Translations under genes and position numbers: made by a program
Shown here: piece by piece, positions 45,205 through 59,992 of the stretch
Position numbering within the stretch: position 1 is the stretch's first letter
Layout: every line of letters starts with the position of its first letter
DNA from: the human T2T-CHM13v2.0 reference genome, Homo sapiens
Assembly (NCBI RefSeq): GCF_009914755.1
Contig: NC_060931.1
Direction: 5' to 3' (one strand)
Length of the DNA: 64,000 nt
Notes under the pieces: model-generated
Databases searched by the model: none
What the model saw: the letters and a program-made list of their open reading frames with translations, nothing else
Told to the model about the DNA's origin: nothing

Positions 45205-45365
45205 CATAAACGGGGGTTCCCAATTTTGGCTGTCTAATTATACTTACCTGGAGATATTTTTAAAATGCAGATTTTCAGGAGACACCCCTAATTCTTTTTA
45301 TTCAATAGTTCTGGGATAGGTTCCTGAAATCTCTATTTTGTCAATTTTATAAGTGATTCCAGTTT
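45205..45365. mobile_element. MER5A-like hAT MITE
   Basis: ttacctggagatatttttaaaatgcagattttcagg...ctgggataggttcctgaaatctctatttt...aagtgattc. Confidence 0.7.
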
Positions 45366-48011
45366 CTTCCGATGAAAAAATCTCTTTTTCACATTATAGC
45401 CATTTAGACATGTGAAACAGATATTCTTCCCCACCTCCCCACCTTCCTTTTCCTCTTCTGTGCATCATGTGTCAGAGTTTTAAGTCTTGCAATTATTATG
45501 ATCAAAATCATTCAACCAACAACTTGACAATCTTGTTGTTATTTTATTAAAATACACTTGGCCATGTCAAATCTGCAAGATAGAACTATTGTCTGTTGTT
45601 GTTGCTGTGGTTTTTCTGTCAGCATTTAGATATTCAAACCTAACAGAATATTAATAGTACCACAAAAGGGAATTAATTTGGCCTCTATTTGCCTGGTATT
45701 GTGGTCACTAAAAAAGACTGTAGCTTGCAATATACCAAAAGATATTTTAGAAGTATGCTAACTAATATATGCAGGAATATATAACTCTTTTCAGAGACTT
45801 TTAAAACACCTGCTTACAAATATTAATTATGCTAACCCCAAATTAACATTTTTTTCATTAATGTTTACCCCCCCTTTAACAAAACTATGGTTTTATTTTA
45901 TTTTTAGATTTTAACTGGAGTGGGAGGGGAAGGGATCTTAAATGGAAAATAGTCTTAGTACAAAATGATTTTAACCATGTGGTACACTTTTGTTTTTTAA
46001 GTAAAAAGCTGAGTTAAAATAATGAAAACAGCTAGTGTCAACAGAACCTTGTGAGTTAAACAATATTTGCCTTAAATCAGCAAAAATGGACTGTGGACAT
46101 GAAGGACCAGCAGTGTTTAACTTTCCACTTTATATAACTGTAATTTCTCCTTTTTGATTTTCAGAGACTGTGCATCACAGCAATTTAGGAGTGTCGCTGC
46201 TGCATCATGAATGCTGAGACATCCTTGTGGACACCAGCTGAAATGAATCATGGTTCCACAGCGAATCCAGCCATGCTACCCTGACACAGGCCTGATTTAA
46301 ATCACCACTTTCACCTAGAGGGTCCACTGCTGCCCAATAGCATCCATAAAAGAATCTGTCAGAAATTAAACTCTGTGTGTGTTTTGGGGGTGAGGGACAG
46401 AGAGTGATACCAAGATAAGCTAAATAAAGAGCTTCTCTGAGATGATTCAGGTAAAACCGTATTTTAAGGCTGAACATTGCAGAGCCAAAAAGCTTCACCA
46501 TTGAGAAGCTACCCACGTGGCACCAAAATGTTCAATAAGGATACAAATTAGACATGAAAGTCTGACAACTCCTGAAGACATGGTAGGGAAAAGCATTTCA
46601 TCTAAACAGAGATGGAAATTTCTCTTTTAATACATTATTTTACATTCATAAAAATACACATTTGTTATCACTGATAACTATTTCAAACTTTTGGGTAAAT
46701 CATACACATATTTTAAAAAGTACTTTTATGGACTACAAGTTGTGAGGTTTTATTGTAGATTTTTCAAAAATATTTTCATTAAAGAAAAAATTAAGACTTC
46801 AAAAAGTACCTTTTTACCTCTACTTATAATAATATATGCTTTGCTAAAATATACAATATTTTTGTTAAAGAAAGTGTATTCCTGTGAAATTATTAATAAA
46901 AAATTATTAAAATAGTAAACATACTGAAATAGTATCCGTTGTTAAGTACAGTGCCTTGATTTAGAGGAATAAAGGCCAATGTTACTTTCTCATTTATTTT
47001 AATGCAATAAAAAACCTTTCCTTAGTAGAAATAAATTTACTTTAATAATTTAGTTACATTATAATCATTTTATGCTCACCATTCTTCTGTCATTGTCATT
47101 TTAAGATTGGTGTCCTTAAGGGATAGCTGCTTTCTGTCTTGATCTTTCTCATCTATCCTTTCTTTCCTGACACAGACTTAATTTTCATTAAAAAGAAAAA
47201 TCCCTGTTCCACTAGACTATTACTAACATTCTCCTCAAAGCGTGCAGGAGTCTGGGGCATAATGCTGCCTAATCCCCAGTATTTCCTAAGGGCTGGAAAA
47301 GAAACCAGTTAACCATCCAGACACCCACCATTGGTAGTGAATGAATGAATAATAATTACAATATCTTGTGGTATGCCTAAAAGTCAAGAACAAATTCCTC
47401 AGGATCAGCACATTATTCTTGAAATATTCGGCTTTTCCCACCTATAACTGCTATGCATTGGGCTAGCTAGTCATATGTAAACAAACAGTTTGCACCTCAG
47501 ATTTAAAACACATTGCTCTCACTACAGGAGTCAGAATTTTCAGCTGTCACTTAACCTGAACGAGCTATTGTTTCCACCATATGCAGTGTGCCTGAATGAA
47601 CAAATAGTGGCTACCTTCATTTAGCTCTATGGATCAAGTTCTATCAGCCTCATCCTCACCATCCTCATTATTATTAAGTAAAACGTGGTTAATGTCTTAG
47701 AGTAGATAGTGCTTTATAGACACACTTTCATTTCACCACCATCACAATCATGAGCAGGAAGAATTGAGGTTCCACTGGTTTAATAAACACAAATTCAAGT
47801 TCTGACCAACAAGTTTATTTTATTGACTTAACACAAAGCTAATCCCCGGCAAAATCATGAATTAGCAAATTTTTTACTTTGCTAACTTGCTTTCATGAAG
47901 TTTTGTTTTCATTATTCCTCCTTGTCTTTGCCCCATTTCTTCCTCTGACCTCTCTTTGATTTGTTTCCTCTTCCTCGATACCAAACCTCACTTCTTTCAC
48001 TTCTGTTTAAT

Positions 48012-48774
48012 ACATTTATGCAGCCAACAAACATATGAAAAAAAGCTCACCATCACTGGTCATTAGAGAAATGCAAATCAAAACCAAAATGAGATACCAT
48101 CTCATGCCAGTTAGAATGGCGATCATTAAAAAGTCAGGAAACAACAGATGCTGGAGAGGATGTGGAGAAATAAGAATGCTTTTACACTGTTGGTGGGAGT
48201 GTAAATTAGTTCAATTATTGTGGAAGACAGTATAGCAATCCCTCAAGGATCTAAAACTAGAAATACCATTTGAGCCAGCAATCCTATTACTGGGTGTGTT
48301 CCCAAAGGATTATAAATCACTCTACTATAAGGACACATGCACATGTATGTTTATTGCAGCACTGTTCACAATAGCAAAGACTTGGAACCAACCCAAATGC
48401 CCATCAATGATAGACTGCATAAAGGAAATGTGGCATATACCATGGAATACTATGCAGCCATAAAAAAGGATGAGCTCATGTCCTTTGCAGGGACATGGAT
48501 GAAGCTGGAAACCATCATTCTCAGCAAACTAACACAAGAACAGAAAACCAAACACAACATGTTTTCACTCATAAGTGGGAGTTGAACAACAAGAGCACAT
48601 AGACATGGTGTGGGGCAGGCATCACACACCGAGGCCTGTCAGGGAGTGGGGGCCTGGGGGAGGGATAGCATTAGGAGAAATACCTAATGTAGATGAAGTG
48701 TGCAGCAAACCACCATGGCACGTGTTTACCTATGTAACAAACCTGCACGTTCTGCACATGTACCCCAGAACTTA
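48012..48774 (+). mobile_element. L1PA7/PA8-like 3' fragment lacking a poly(A) tail
   Basis: ORF2 C-terminal [10 protein letters not shown] motif and 3'UTR. Ends at ccagaactta followed by ttattatttt. Confidence 0.93.
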
Positions 48775-49015
48775 TTATTATTTTGTCAGGACACCATCTG
48801 GCATGCCTCAAGCTGTACCACGTTAGTAGGCTCTCACCTCAAGCAGCTTTGATCTTATGCTGCTTTTCAATTTATGGGATAGTAAATGTTCAAGAAATTG
48901 ACAGATATCTCATGGCCAATAAACCAAAACAAGTCAAGGAATGTACAGATTGAATAATTATGGGTGGCGATAACTAGAATGAAAGGAAGGAGAGCAATAA
49001 ATAATAAATCTCCAT

Positions 49016-49332
49016 AGCCAGGCATAGTGGCTCACTCCTGTAATCTCAGGACTTTGGTAGGCTAAGGCAGGTAGATCCCTTGAGCCCAGGAATTCAAAAC
49101 CAGCCTGAGCAACGTGGCGCAACCCTGTGTCTAAAAAAAAAAAAAAAAAAAAAAAAAATTCAGATGTGAGATGTGGTGGCACACAGCTGTAGTCCCAGCT
49201 ACTCAGGAGGCTGAGGTGGAAGGATCACCTGAGACCGAGGAAGTCAAGGCTGCAGGAGCCGAGATCCTGGCACTGCCCTCCAGCCTGGGTGACAAAGCAA
49301 GACCCTGTTTCAAAAGAATAATAATAATAATA
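49016..49332 (+). mobile_element. AluJ with an expanded middle A-run (26 A) and (AAT)n tail
   Basis: AluJ diagnostics cttgagcccagga, gtcaaggctgcag and gcaagaccctgt. Confidence 0.92.
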
Positions 49333-49888
49333 AATCACAATAAAGGAGAGATCCTTTATTGTGATTTGGGAATAAGAAAAGGAACAGATTATTGATAAAT
49401 AAAAGGAAGGTAAGACGCTTATTATAAGTTATTTTAATAAACTCCGTGTTGTAAAGAATCAAATTTGGTTGAGTTATCTCAAAACAATGCTGGACAAAAA
49501 GTGGAGATGCAGAATGTAAAAAAAAAGTGCACTATTTATTTTGGGCTTAACTCAACTTTTCAAGGAAAGAATAACAATATGTGGGGAAAGAATAAACCAC
49601 TATTTAAAATGAAAGAGATTATGAAAGTCTTTTCTTATCAGTTTAGTGCATCCGTCTCTGCAACAGAATCACAAATTCCCAGGCTAGAGTCCAGGACTGT
49701 CAGAATTGAAGTCTCTAGGAGTGGAACTAAGGTATCTTAACTTCTTGAGCACAGATAATTCATAGTCACATGAAAGATTAGAACTACTGGTGTAAGGGAT
49801 ACTCCCAGCAGTAAGCTATAGGAAAACTAGAAATGTGTTAATTACTTGTGAAATTTCATATATATTTACATATTTGTAGATACATTTA

Positions 49889-49929
49889 TGTGTGTGTGTG
49901 TGTATAAATATATATATACACACACACAT
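49889..49929. repeat. (TG)n-(TA)n-(CA)n palindromic microsatellite
   Basis: tgtgtgtgtgtata...tatacacacacaca. Confidence 0.85.
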
Positions 49930-50720
49930 CCTTGTGGAGTAAAATGTATATTGATTGTCACTTATTATTTCTACTAAACTTGGAAATAATCAGTTTCAGC
50001 ATTTATCCAAGCTACTTTAAGTCATAACTTTTCTAAAATATTTGGTGAAAATTATTGACTCACTGTCAGTACACAATGTCAGTGGCTTCTCATATTTGTG
50101 ATTATCATATATATTGCCCCCTCCTCTTCCCTCTGGCAGGTGAAAAGGTCTTGAGCATCTTATTTCCTAAAATATTCTGTTGGATAATTTTCTTTTTAAA
50201 AGCACTCAACTGCCTATTTTTTATATAGCTGCAATGTGGATTAAATGACAAAGTGGAAGAACCTGAAATACAAAATGTGAACTCAGAGGACAAGAATATT
50301 TCATGTCAAGGACAGACTAGAAGACACTGAATTCAGTAATGACAGACCATTCAACAGTTTCTAAAAGGATTTTTTTTATCCCTAGTAAAATGTAAATTAC
50401 AGCAATCTCTTTTCAAAAAGTCTGCAACATAACAAAATTGGCTTTGGGTAGATATAAAAGTAGTGATTCCCTGATATATGATAGTGCCAAATTAGATTTT
50501 ATTCTCTTTGGAAGGATTTTTTTCTCCCTTTGGTAGAAAAAAAGGGTAAGGGAAGGTCTTTTAAATATATTAACAGGAATTAAAACCAAAAGCTTCACTG
50601 AAAATTGGAGACAGGAAGCATTTATTTTTAAAAATAGATTTTTAAAATAAAAAATAGAAATATTATTCAAATTCAATCTAAACATATATAAACTCAATCT
50701 AATATATCAAAATAACATAT

Positions 50721-51320
50721 TGTGATTTGTCCTTGAGCAAACATCATAGAGTGTACTTACACAAAGTATAGCCTACTAGATGGTATAGCCCACTACACAC
50801 CTAAACTGTGTGGTATAGACTATGGCTCCTAGACTATAAACCTGTACCTCATACTGCCCTGAAAACTATAGCCAATGCAACACAATGGTAAGTATTTGTA
50901 TATCTAAACATAACTAAACAGAAAACGTGCAGTAAAATATGGTATAAAAGATTTTAAAAAATGGTACATTTTTATAAGGCACTTACTATGAATGGAGCCT
51001 GCAGGACTGAAAGTTACCCTTGGTGATTAGTGAGCGAGCAGTGAATGAATGTGAAGGCCCAGAACATTCTGTACACTAGTATAGACTCTATAAACACCGC
51101 CCACTTAGACTACAGTAGACTTACTTTTTAAAGTTTTTTCTTTCTTTAATAACAAATTGACTTCAGCTTACTGAATTGTTTTTACTTTTATAAACTTTTT
51201 AATTTTAAAAAACTTTTATTCTTTTGCAATACTTAGCTTAAAATACAAACACAGTATACAGCTGTCAAAAATATTTATTTCTTATTCTATAAGTTTTATT
51301 CTATTTTACACTTTTTTGTT
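50721..51320. mobile_element. Tigger3 (Tigger3b-like) TcMar DNA-transposon fragment
   Basis: aacatcatagagtgtacttacacaaa, acacaatggtaagtatttgtatatctaaacata, gcacttactatgaatggagcctgcaggactg. Confidence 0.85.
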
Positions 51321-53711
51321 AAGGTTTCTTTCTTAGGTTATAGCATTGTTATAAGTTCATATTCTTTATCTTCGGCAGAACTGTTTTTGTAGAGCTTGTT
51401 TATTGTTGACTTATGGGAGCCAGTGATGTGGCTAGACACAGAATCCCCTCTCTGGCCCTTCACTTTCTGAGAACACCCTTCCAGTAACCACAATTTTCCT
51501 GAATTTGTTTTTCTAAATTTTCAAGAGAAGAATGCGCACAGTAGGATGACTGCATCTGGCCTCAGGATAACAGCTGGGAAGACAAAAATCCACTTCGTGT
51601 AACTCCACTCCTCTGAGCATATACTTGCCAACAGAATCTGCCTACTTTTCCTTATTCTCTACTGTCTTAAGGTAGCTAGCTGCTTTTTTATTACACCCAA
51701 ATTTTATATTCTTTTTGGTGAGGGAATCTGCTCTAGTATAATCAGTACCAAAAGTTGAAGTCTAAGTTATATATTTAAGTATTTGCTATGTTCCATTATT
51801 TCATCTGTTTTCTTCAGGAATTCCAGTAATTGGCATGTTAAATTTCCTTTTTTATGTCTATTATTGCCTTTCCAGTATTTTATAATACATTCTTATCTCA
51901 ATGTATTATTACTGTATTATCTTTGATCATTACTGAGCCTTACATAATCTCTCTTCTTGCTTGTATCCCTTTCAGTTCTGTCTTAAATTTTCTAAGCATG
52001 TCTTCTTTTTTCTTCTACCTCTTTCTTATGTTTCATTTTCTCTCCATGACTCACTATCTGGTTACAGAATTCTTGTTTTTCTGATACAGTTTTTGTTTAG
52101 AGAAGCCATTGATTGTTTATGACATTTAAACCAAAATATTTTGGCACAATTTTCATCTGCTATGTAGTAACACTTTCCTGGTGATATTTATTTATTAGAA
52201 AGTTTGGCTGCTTCTTTTTACGTGTTTTGTTGCAGTATCTCTGTGCTATGCTGTGCTGATTTGTGCCTCGGCATTGAATTTGGATTGTCTCTGATGTGTT
52301 ATTTTTAGGAGGTTCCTGTGATATGGGGATTGGGACTGAGTCAGGAAGAAACACATAGCATCCAGTGTTGCCATAACATGTTTTTATAGTTTAAAGGATC
52401 CTTCTCTGCTGTTCCAAAGTGAAACCACTTTCTACAAATATGGCTCATAGTGTCCATCTCTCCTTGTTTTCTCTGAACCAAATTAGTTCTAAAGGGTCTA
52501 CTAAAGGGTCTACTTCTGTCTACTCTAATTTTCTTTTCCACTGTTGAAAACACAGGATCATGCTTTTATATTTTAAAAAATACCCTAAGTCTGAAGGATT
52601 TTCTTGCCAAAATTTCCTGAAATTTGTTTCCATTGGATCCTCCTCTTTTCCTCTTACCTATTCCTGCATGGCTTTTGCCCAGTATCAGTTGTTCTTAACA
52701 GTCTTAATGGGAGGTGGGGGGCTGTGGAGTGTATTTTTCTTGTAACTTCACTAAAACTGGATTTTGTGAGTATATATGAACATATTTGTGAAGCTGTAAT
52801 TTCTAAGAAAAGAGAAGAAATGATGCTAATTTTCACAGCCTTGATCATAACGAAGATGGCATGGTCAGGTTTTGTTTGTTTTAATTTTTTATTGTTTCCA
52901 TTGAGTAAAGTACCTTTTATTTATTTGCAATGCAACAGATGTCTAGTTATTCCAACAGCTGAACACAGTTAATAATACCTTTATTTAGATGCTATTAGAT
53001 TCTATGTAATCCAAAAATAAATACAAGGTTTTTTGTTCATATGTCAATATGTAAGCATAAAGGGAAACACTAATTATAAGTCCAAGAAACAGAAAAAAGA
53101 AAAATTAGTGACAACTCTAAGATACGATTCTGAAAAATCAAGTGCTCCCAGATACATATTCAATATTTCCTGGTTGAAAAAAAAAGTAAAAACCAGATAA
53201 ACAAAGTTAGAGGCATATTTAAAATTTTAATGTATTTAAGAGTCTATCTACATATTAAATCTACAGCTGCAACGTTTCTGTTTCAAAAATGTGAAATAAT
53301 GTTTGCTTCTTAATAGTTTTATCACAAACATAATTCACATGATTACAAAAAATATTGAAAAACAGAAAACTATAAATTAGAAATTAGAAGACTTAAAATA
53401 TTTATACTTTTTTCCACTAGAAATACCCACTATTAACACTTGATTATATTTCTTCCCAGTCTGTTTTCAATGTGGTGTGTGTGCATGTGTGTGCTAATGA
53501 GTGGATGGATAGACAGTAGAGAGATTGAGAGGTTTTTATTTTTGAAGCACACTTTTTCATCTGGTACTATATATTGAGTATATTCAAATATATTTATTTT
53601 TATAATATGACATTATTCCCTTAATAATATTTCAACATATAAATGATTATAATTTATTTGAAATTAAAGGTGGTTTCTAAATGTTTGCTACTATGGATAA
53701 TACTCTTATAG

Positions 53712-54045
<334 letters not shown>

Positions 54046-54265
54046 TAGTCCATAGCTCTGCTCAGGTCATAATGGTGGATTCTGACGGATAGAATTAGCA
54101 CAGGCTATGAATATCTTTAAGGCTCTAGACACATACTATGAAATTAGTTTCTAGAAAATCTGAGATAAATTATGTTGCCAATACTAAATATAGTTGTGCC
54201 TGTCTTCTGGCAATGATTTTTTGTTTGTTTAATCTCTGCCAAATCATCAGGAGAGAAATTTTTCC

Positions 54266-54760
54266 AGTAGTTAGTTATTGTTCTCTCACCAAATTACCAC
54301 CAATTTGAGGCATAAAACAATACTCTTATTATCTTAGAGTTCTATGGATCAGAAATTCAGGCACAGTATGGTTCAGCTGTTTCTCTGGTCCTGGTTTCAC
54401 AAGGCTGAAATCAAAGTGTGAGTACAGCTGTGTTTCTTTATAGAGGATCTAGGAATGAATCCACTTCCAAGCTCATTCAGGCTGTTGGAAAAATTCACTT
54501 CCATGCAGTTGTAGGACTGAAGTCCAAGATAACTTGCTGTGTGTCGGCTGTGAAGCCATTCAAATGTTTTGGCTGGAGCGCCTTTCTCCATCTTCAAAGC
54601 TAGCAAAGGCAGGTTGAGTCCTTCTCATGCTTCTAATCTCCCCAAACTCCCCTTCTGTTTCATCTCTCCTCCCTCCTTCCGTGCCATTTCTGACTGACAC
54701 TTCTGCCTTCTGCTGCTGCTTTTAAAAGCTCATAAGATAATACTGAACCCAGGATAATAG
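54266..54760 (-). mobile_element. MLT1E/F-like MaLR LTR
   Basis: caaattaccac..., tcacaaggctgaaatcaa, gaatccacttccaagctcattcaggctgttgg, gcagttgtaggactga. Confidence 0.8.
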
Positions 54761-55508
54761 TTTTTAGTTTTAGTTTAGCTTTCATTTATGTATGGTAGAA
54801 TACATTTCATGTGTGTATTGTAGTTTAATTGGTTTATATATATTATTTCTGTTTTTTGTGAGTAGAAGTTTGTGTCGTTTGCTAATTTTCATTTGAGGTA
54901 ACAGTATTTTATTTTTATATATTTATATAAAATACTTTTATATAAAATTTATATATACTGCATATAATTTTTATGTTTTAAGGATACTGAATCATCTTGC
55001 TTTTATAATATGAAGTTTTGTGGCTAATATTTTAATGCTTCTTGGCTTTATTTCATGTTTGTTGTAAGGTTTAGATATGTGTTTTTAAATAGCTAATTTT
55101 CCAATAATATTTTGCAGGCTGAAATATATATTGAAATATATTTTGATTTGCATCCCTTGTTCAACATCAGTATCTTGTAATATATTTCAACTCTTTACAA
55201 GAGCTATTTTTTTCCATTGATCTGTTTATTTCCTTTCACAATAATATTGTTACATGCAAAGTACTGTCACATTATCTGGAATATAAAGTCAAGGAGCTTG
55301 CTCATCATTTTTGTTTTAAAATTCACTTTGACATTATTCTTGAATTTTAATTCTAGAATGTCCTCTTCTTAAGAAATCCATTGAAACTTTAATAGAGGCT
55401 TCATTCATCATATAAGTGAATTTGGGATAAACTTTGTTCCTTACAGTGTTTCTCCCTTTTAAATGGCCATTTTAAGACTACATAAATGAGTGACATTCAT
55501 TGTCCCTC

Positions 55509-55512
<4 letters not shown>

Positions 55513-55543
<31 letters not shown>
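55513..55543. repeat. (TG)15 microsatellite
   Basis: Read directly. Confidence 0.95.
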
Positions 55544-55544
<1 letters not shown>

Positions 55545-57751
55545 TACCAACACACATCCTGGTTATTTTGAAGAATTTTTCTCATAGTCTTATCAGTGAA
55601 ATTTCTTGGTTTAATATAGCCAATACACATATTTATCTTTTGGCCTACTATTTTTGTAGATTTTTAAATTTCAGAATAATTCTACTGATTATTTGATAAG
55701 CTATGTGCACATGGATATTCTCCACAAAGGATATTATTTTGATTATTTTGACTCTTCTTTTTTGATTTGATATAAATATATGGATTCTTGATTTTCTGAT
55801 GATAATGCCATTCTTTTGTGATTATTGCAGAAATATTATCTTTCAGTGTGGTAAGAAAATGAAATTTTTGCAGCTTTATTGATTACATTATAAAATCTAC
55901 CTTTATAAAGTTTTGTTAAATTAATGCACAGTTATGTTTCTATCATTGTCTTCTTGCATTTTTAATATTTGTTATACTTTTATTATTCTCATAAACTACG
56001 ATGCTTTATAAATATATTTTTGTATTTTGCACTTCTTATGGATACAAAATTACTTTCTCATTTAGTGCTTTTTGATATGTTTATTATTTTACATAAAATT
56101 AATAGTTACTTATGTTCATCTGATTTGAATTTATTTGATAAAACTATACAATTCTTCTCATTTTTTACATTTCTAAGAAATTTTATTTTAGTCTTCACTT
56201 ATATAAGCCATGTAGTTTGTATTTAAGTTTACCTTATGACAGAGAAAAAATAACTACTTGTGTTTATTACTGTAATAGATGTTTGGTCATATTTCCTTTT
56301 GATATAATCTTTTCTAATTTTCATACTTTCTCATTTTACTTTTTAAAATTTTTTAAATTTTTGCTATGTTGACTTTTATTTTGTTTTATTCAGTAATTTT
56401 AATGTCATCAATGTTTACTAGAGTTATTATTTTACAAATCCTTCTCATTAAAATTTTCTAAACTACTTTTTAACATTTATTTTTTGAGTTAACAATTTAG
56501 AATGAAAAATGAAATATTTGCTACATTTTTCTTTTCCACCCACTCTTGTATACATGGGTTTTTGTAAGTGTAATATATATCTTAATACCCAGCTTATCTC
56601 TAATTCATTTATATTTAACATACCCTCACAACAATAAAATTGACATTACCTTTCAAACTGATAACGTTAATTTCAAAGTAGTTTTAGATGTAATTTTATT
56701 TAACTATTTTAAATGCTTACCACTTATTCAGAGAAAGGGATAATTTTTCATTCTTGTGTTCCTGTTTTGATTAAACTGTCAGTTGACTGAGTTATTTTCC
56801 AATATACTGTACAGAAATACTCATGGTTAGCAAGGTTCCTGAGCCCTTGAGTATTTTGCAAATGTTTTTCTCTTTTCTTCAAATATCAAAACCATTTAGG
56901 TTATCATAAAATTTGAGAAACACTAACCTCTTTTCTCTCAAACTTCTATAGATGCTATTAGCTTAGGCATATTATACTGCAAATATAAAACCAAAAATAG
57001 CTTGATTTTTGTTCTTCTGTAGGCAATTTGGATAAGCGTAGAATTATTTTCATTAACCTTTTAAGGAAAGTTTAAGAGGATTTTTCTTGGTGTCTCTTTT
57101 CATTAATTCTATCTAAAGTTTAATAAGCTCTCTTGCTCTGCATAGTTATAATTTTTTAAGCTACAGGAGAAATTAATTTAAATTATTTTATTCTTTGATT
57201 GTTGATTTCGTTCCCATTTTTGCCCTTTCATAATCAGAAACATCTTTAATTCATAGTTGGCTTCTGTTTTCTGTCATCCTTATCCTTTCATAGGTGATAA
57301 GGTTTTTTTTTTAAGTGTCTTTCTAGTCCGTATGGTACATACATTTCAGAGACCAACAGTTTATTAAAATCTTTAGTACAGTAAGATATTTCACTTGTTC
57401 TCGCAGAATATTCTTTATAGAACCCATTTGTGATTTTTCTTATCTTTTATTTTGTTCTTGATTTATGTGTAATTCAAAGAGATGATATTTATGTAGGTCT
57501 GTGCTGCTAGTCACATTAGCTATTTATATGTATATTATTTGATTTAAATTAAATTAGAAATTAAGTTTCTCTGTCACACTAAAGACAAGTTTTCCATGCT
57601 GAGTGACATCTTTGAGTTATAGGTCTCTGAGACTGTTGATTTTGTCAGATGGAGACTCTGGCAAGACTCCACCTGGAGGAATCTCTTTGAATTTTGGACC
57701 CATTGCCTCCCTGATACTACTAATAGTTCCACCTTTTTTGAAAACTATGCA

Positions 57752-59108
57752 TAAGAAAACCAAAACAGATAACTCCATTAAAAAGTGGGCAAAGGACATG
57801 AACAGACATTGTTGAAAAGAAGACATACAAATGGCCAATAAGCAGACAAAAAATTTTCAACATCACTAATCATTAAGAGAATTGCAAATTAAAACCACGA
57901 GATATTATCTTACACCAGTGAAAATGGCTATTGTTAAAAAGTCAAAAAAGAACAGATGTTGGCGAGGATGCAGAGAAAAGGAGAAAAGGGAACATTTATA
58001 CACTGTTGATGGGAATGTAAATCAGTAAAACCTCTGGGGAAAAGAGTATGGAAATTTCTCAAATAACTAAAAATAGAATTTGCATTCCATCCAGCAATCC
58101 CACTACTGGGTATTGACCCAAAGGAAAACAAATCATTATATCAAAAAGAGACCTGCACTCATATGTTTATCACGGCACTATTCACAACAGCAAAGACATG
58201 GAATCAACCTAAGTGTCCATCAATGAATGATTGGATAAAGAAGGTGTTTTATATATATATATACACTATATATATTACGATATACTATATATAACACGAT
58301 ATAATATATATACCATATATATTACGATATATATACCATATATGTTACGATATAATACTATATATGTTACGATATAATATATACACTATATATGTTACGA
58401 TATAATATATACACTATATATGTTACGATATAATATATACACTATATATATTACAATATAATAATACACTATATATTACGATATTATATATACTATATAT
58501 TACGATATAATATATATACTGTATATTACGATATAATATATATACTATATATATTACGATATAATATATATACTATATATATTACGATATAATATATATA
58601 CTATATATATTACGATATAATATATATACTATATATATTACGATATAATATATATACTATATATATTACGATATAATATATATATACTATATATATTACG
58701 ATATAATATATATACTACATATATTATGATATAATATATATATACTATATATATTACAATAAAATACTATTCAGCCATTAAAAAGTATTTTGTAACAATA
58801 TGAATGTAACTGAAGGCCATTATCTTAAGTGAAATAACTCAGAAACAGTTAAGTCCATAACCACATGTCATCACTTATATGAGGAAGCTAAATAATGTGT
58901 ACACATGGACATAGAGTGTAAATCATAGACACTGGAGACTCGGATGAGTGGAAGTGTGGGAGCAGGTTGAGGGATAAGAAACTGCTTAGTGGGTCCAATG
59001 TACATTATTTGGGTGATGACTAAAAGCCCAGATGTCACTGCTCTGCAATATATCCATGTGACAGGACTGCACTCATACCCACTAAATATATACAATTTTT
59101 TTTTAAAT
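57752..59108 (+). mobile_element. L1PB (PB3/PB4-like) 3' fragment containing a VNTR
   Basis: aaaaagtgggcaaaggacatgaacagaca... and 3'UTR actaaaagcccaga...gcaatatatccatgt. Confidence 0.9.
58250..58762. repeat. AT-rich minisatellite, 28-bp core unit tattacgatataatatatatactatata, about 19 units
   Basis: ACG recurs at 58528, 58556, 58584, 58612, 58640 and 58668 (period 28). Flanking units are more variable. Confidence 0.95.
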
Positions 59109-59787
59109 AGAAAAGAGACCATTTCAATTACTACTGCACTCTTATCAACACTGAATGTCTCACCCATAAGGCCTAATTAATATTTACCCTGATATATCTA
59201 GTTTGAGGTTGGTCAATTCAGATTGAATTATTACCAAGGAAGAAAGGGCCCAATAATCTTCCCTACCTGGGTGAAAATGGTATATTCAGGAACACAGATG
59301 GCCTATCCTCAGCAGCAACTTGACCTCACATTAAAAAGTAGCAGCTATTCCTTTATAGGAAATTATACCACTAGTCTATTGTCTGAGGTAAAGCCAGTGG
59401 ACCAATAGGAGCAAAAGTTGATCCCGATGTCACTAAGTGAGAGAACATATTCCATGGGCACTACCCCAATCTATTTCTGGCAGACTGATGACACTAGACC
59501 TTTGATCTTTACTTGTAACTATCAAAAATTCAAAATTCTTTCCTGACATCCCTGGGTGGGATTATTTTTCCCCTAACAAGAATCCTAGGATAGCCTGATT
59601 CATAGTCTGACAACCTAGCAAAAGGGAGCGTCAGTAATTCAAAATTAATTTCAGGTCAGCCACCTGCATTGTGTCCTGTTAAATTGACAAGGTAGCAAAT
59701 CATAAGTGTAATGACCACTTGGTTAAGTACATTGCTCTCCAAGACGAAGAGAGGGAAACACTGGGTCTCTGTGAGTTTTATAAAAAT

Positions 59788-59992
59788 ACATGGACACAGG
59801 AAGGGGAATTTCACACACCGGGGCCTGTTGTGGGGTGGGTGGAGGGTGGAGGGATAGCATTAGGAGATATACCTAATGTTAAATGACAAGTTAATGGGGG
59901 CAGCACACCAACATGACACATGTATACATATGTAACAAACCTGCACGTTGTGCACATGTACCCTAAAACTTAAAGTATAAAAAAAAAAAAAA
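59788..59992 (+). mobile_element. Very short young L1PA (PA3/PA4-like) 3'UTR insertion with poly(A)
   Basis: catggacacaggaagggga...gtaccctaaaacttaaagtat followed by 14 A. Confidence 0.93.

Noticed and set aside
52489-52514. 12-bp tandem duplication (ctaaagggtcta)x2, with similar short duplications near 50766 and 57973
   Set aside because: These are ordinary slippage-type micro-duplications with no sign of function.
58250-58762. CRISPR-like array (period about 28 bp)
   Set aside because: The units are head-to-tail with no unique spacers, the context is eukaryotic, and there are no cas genes. It is a minisatellite.
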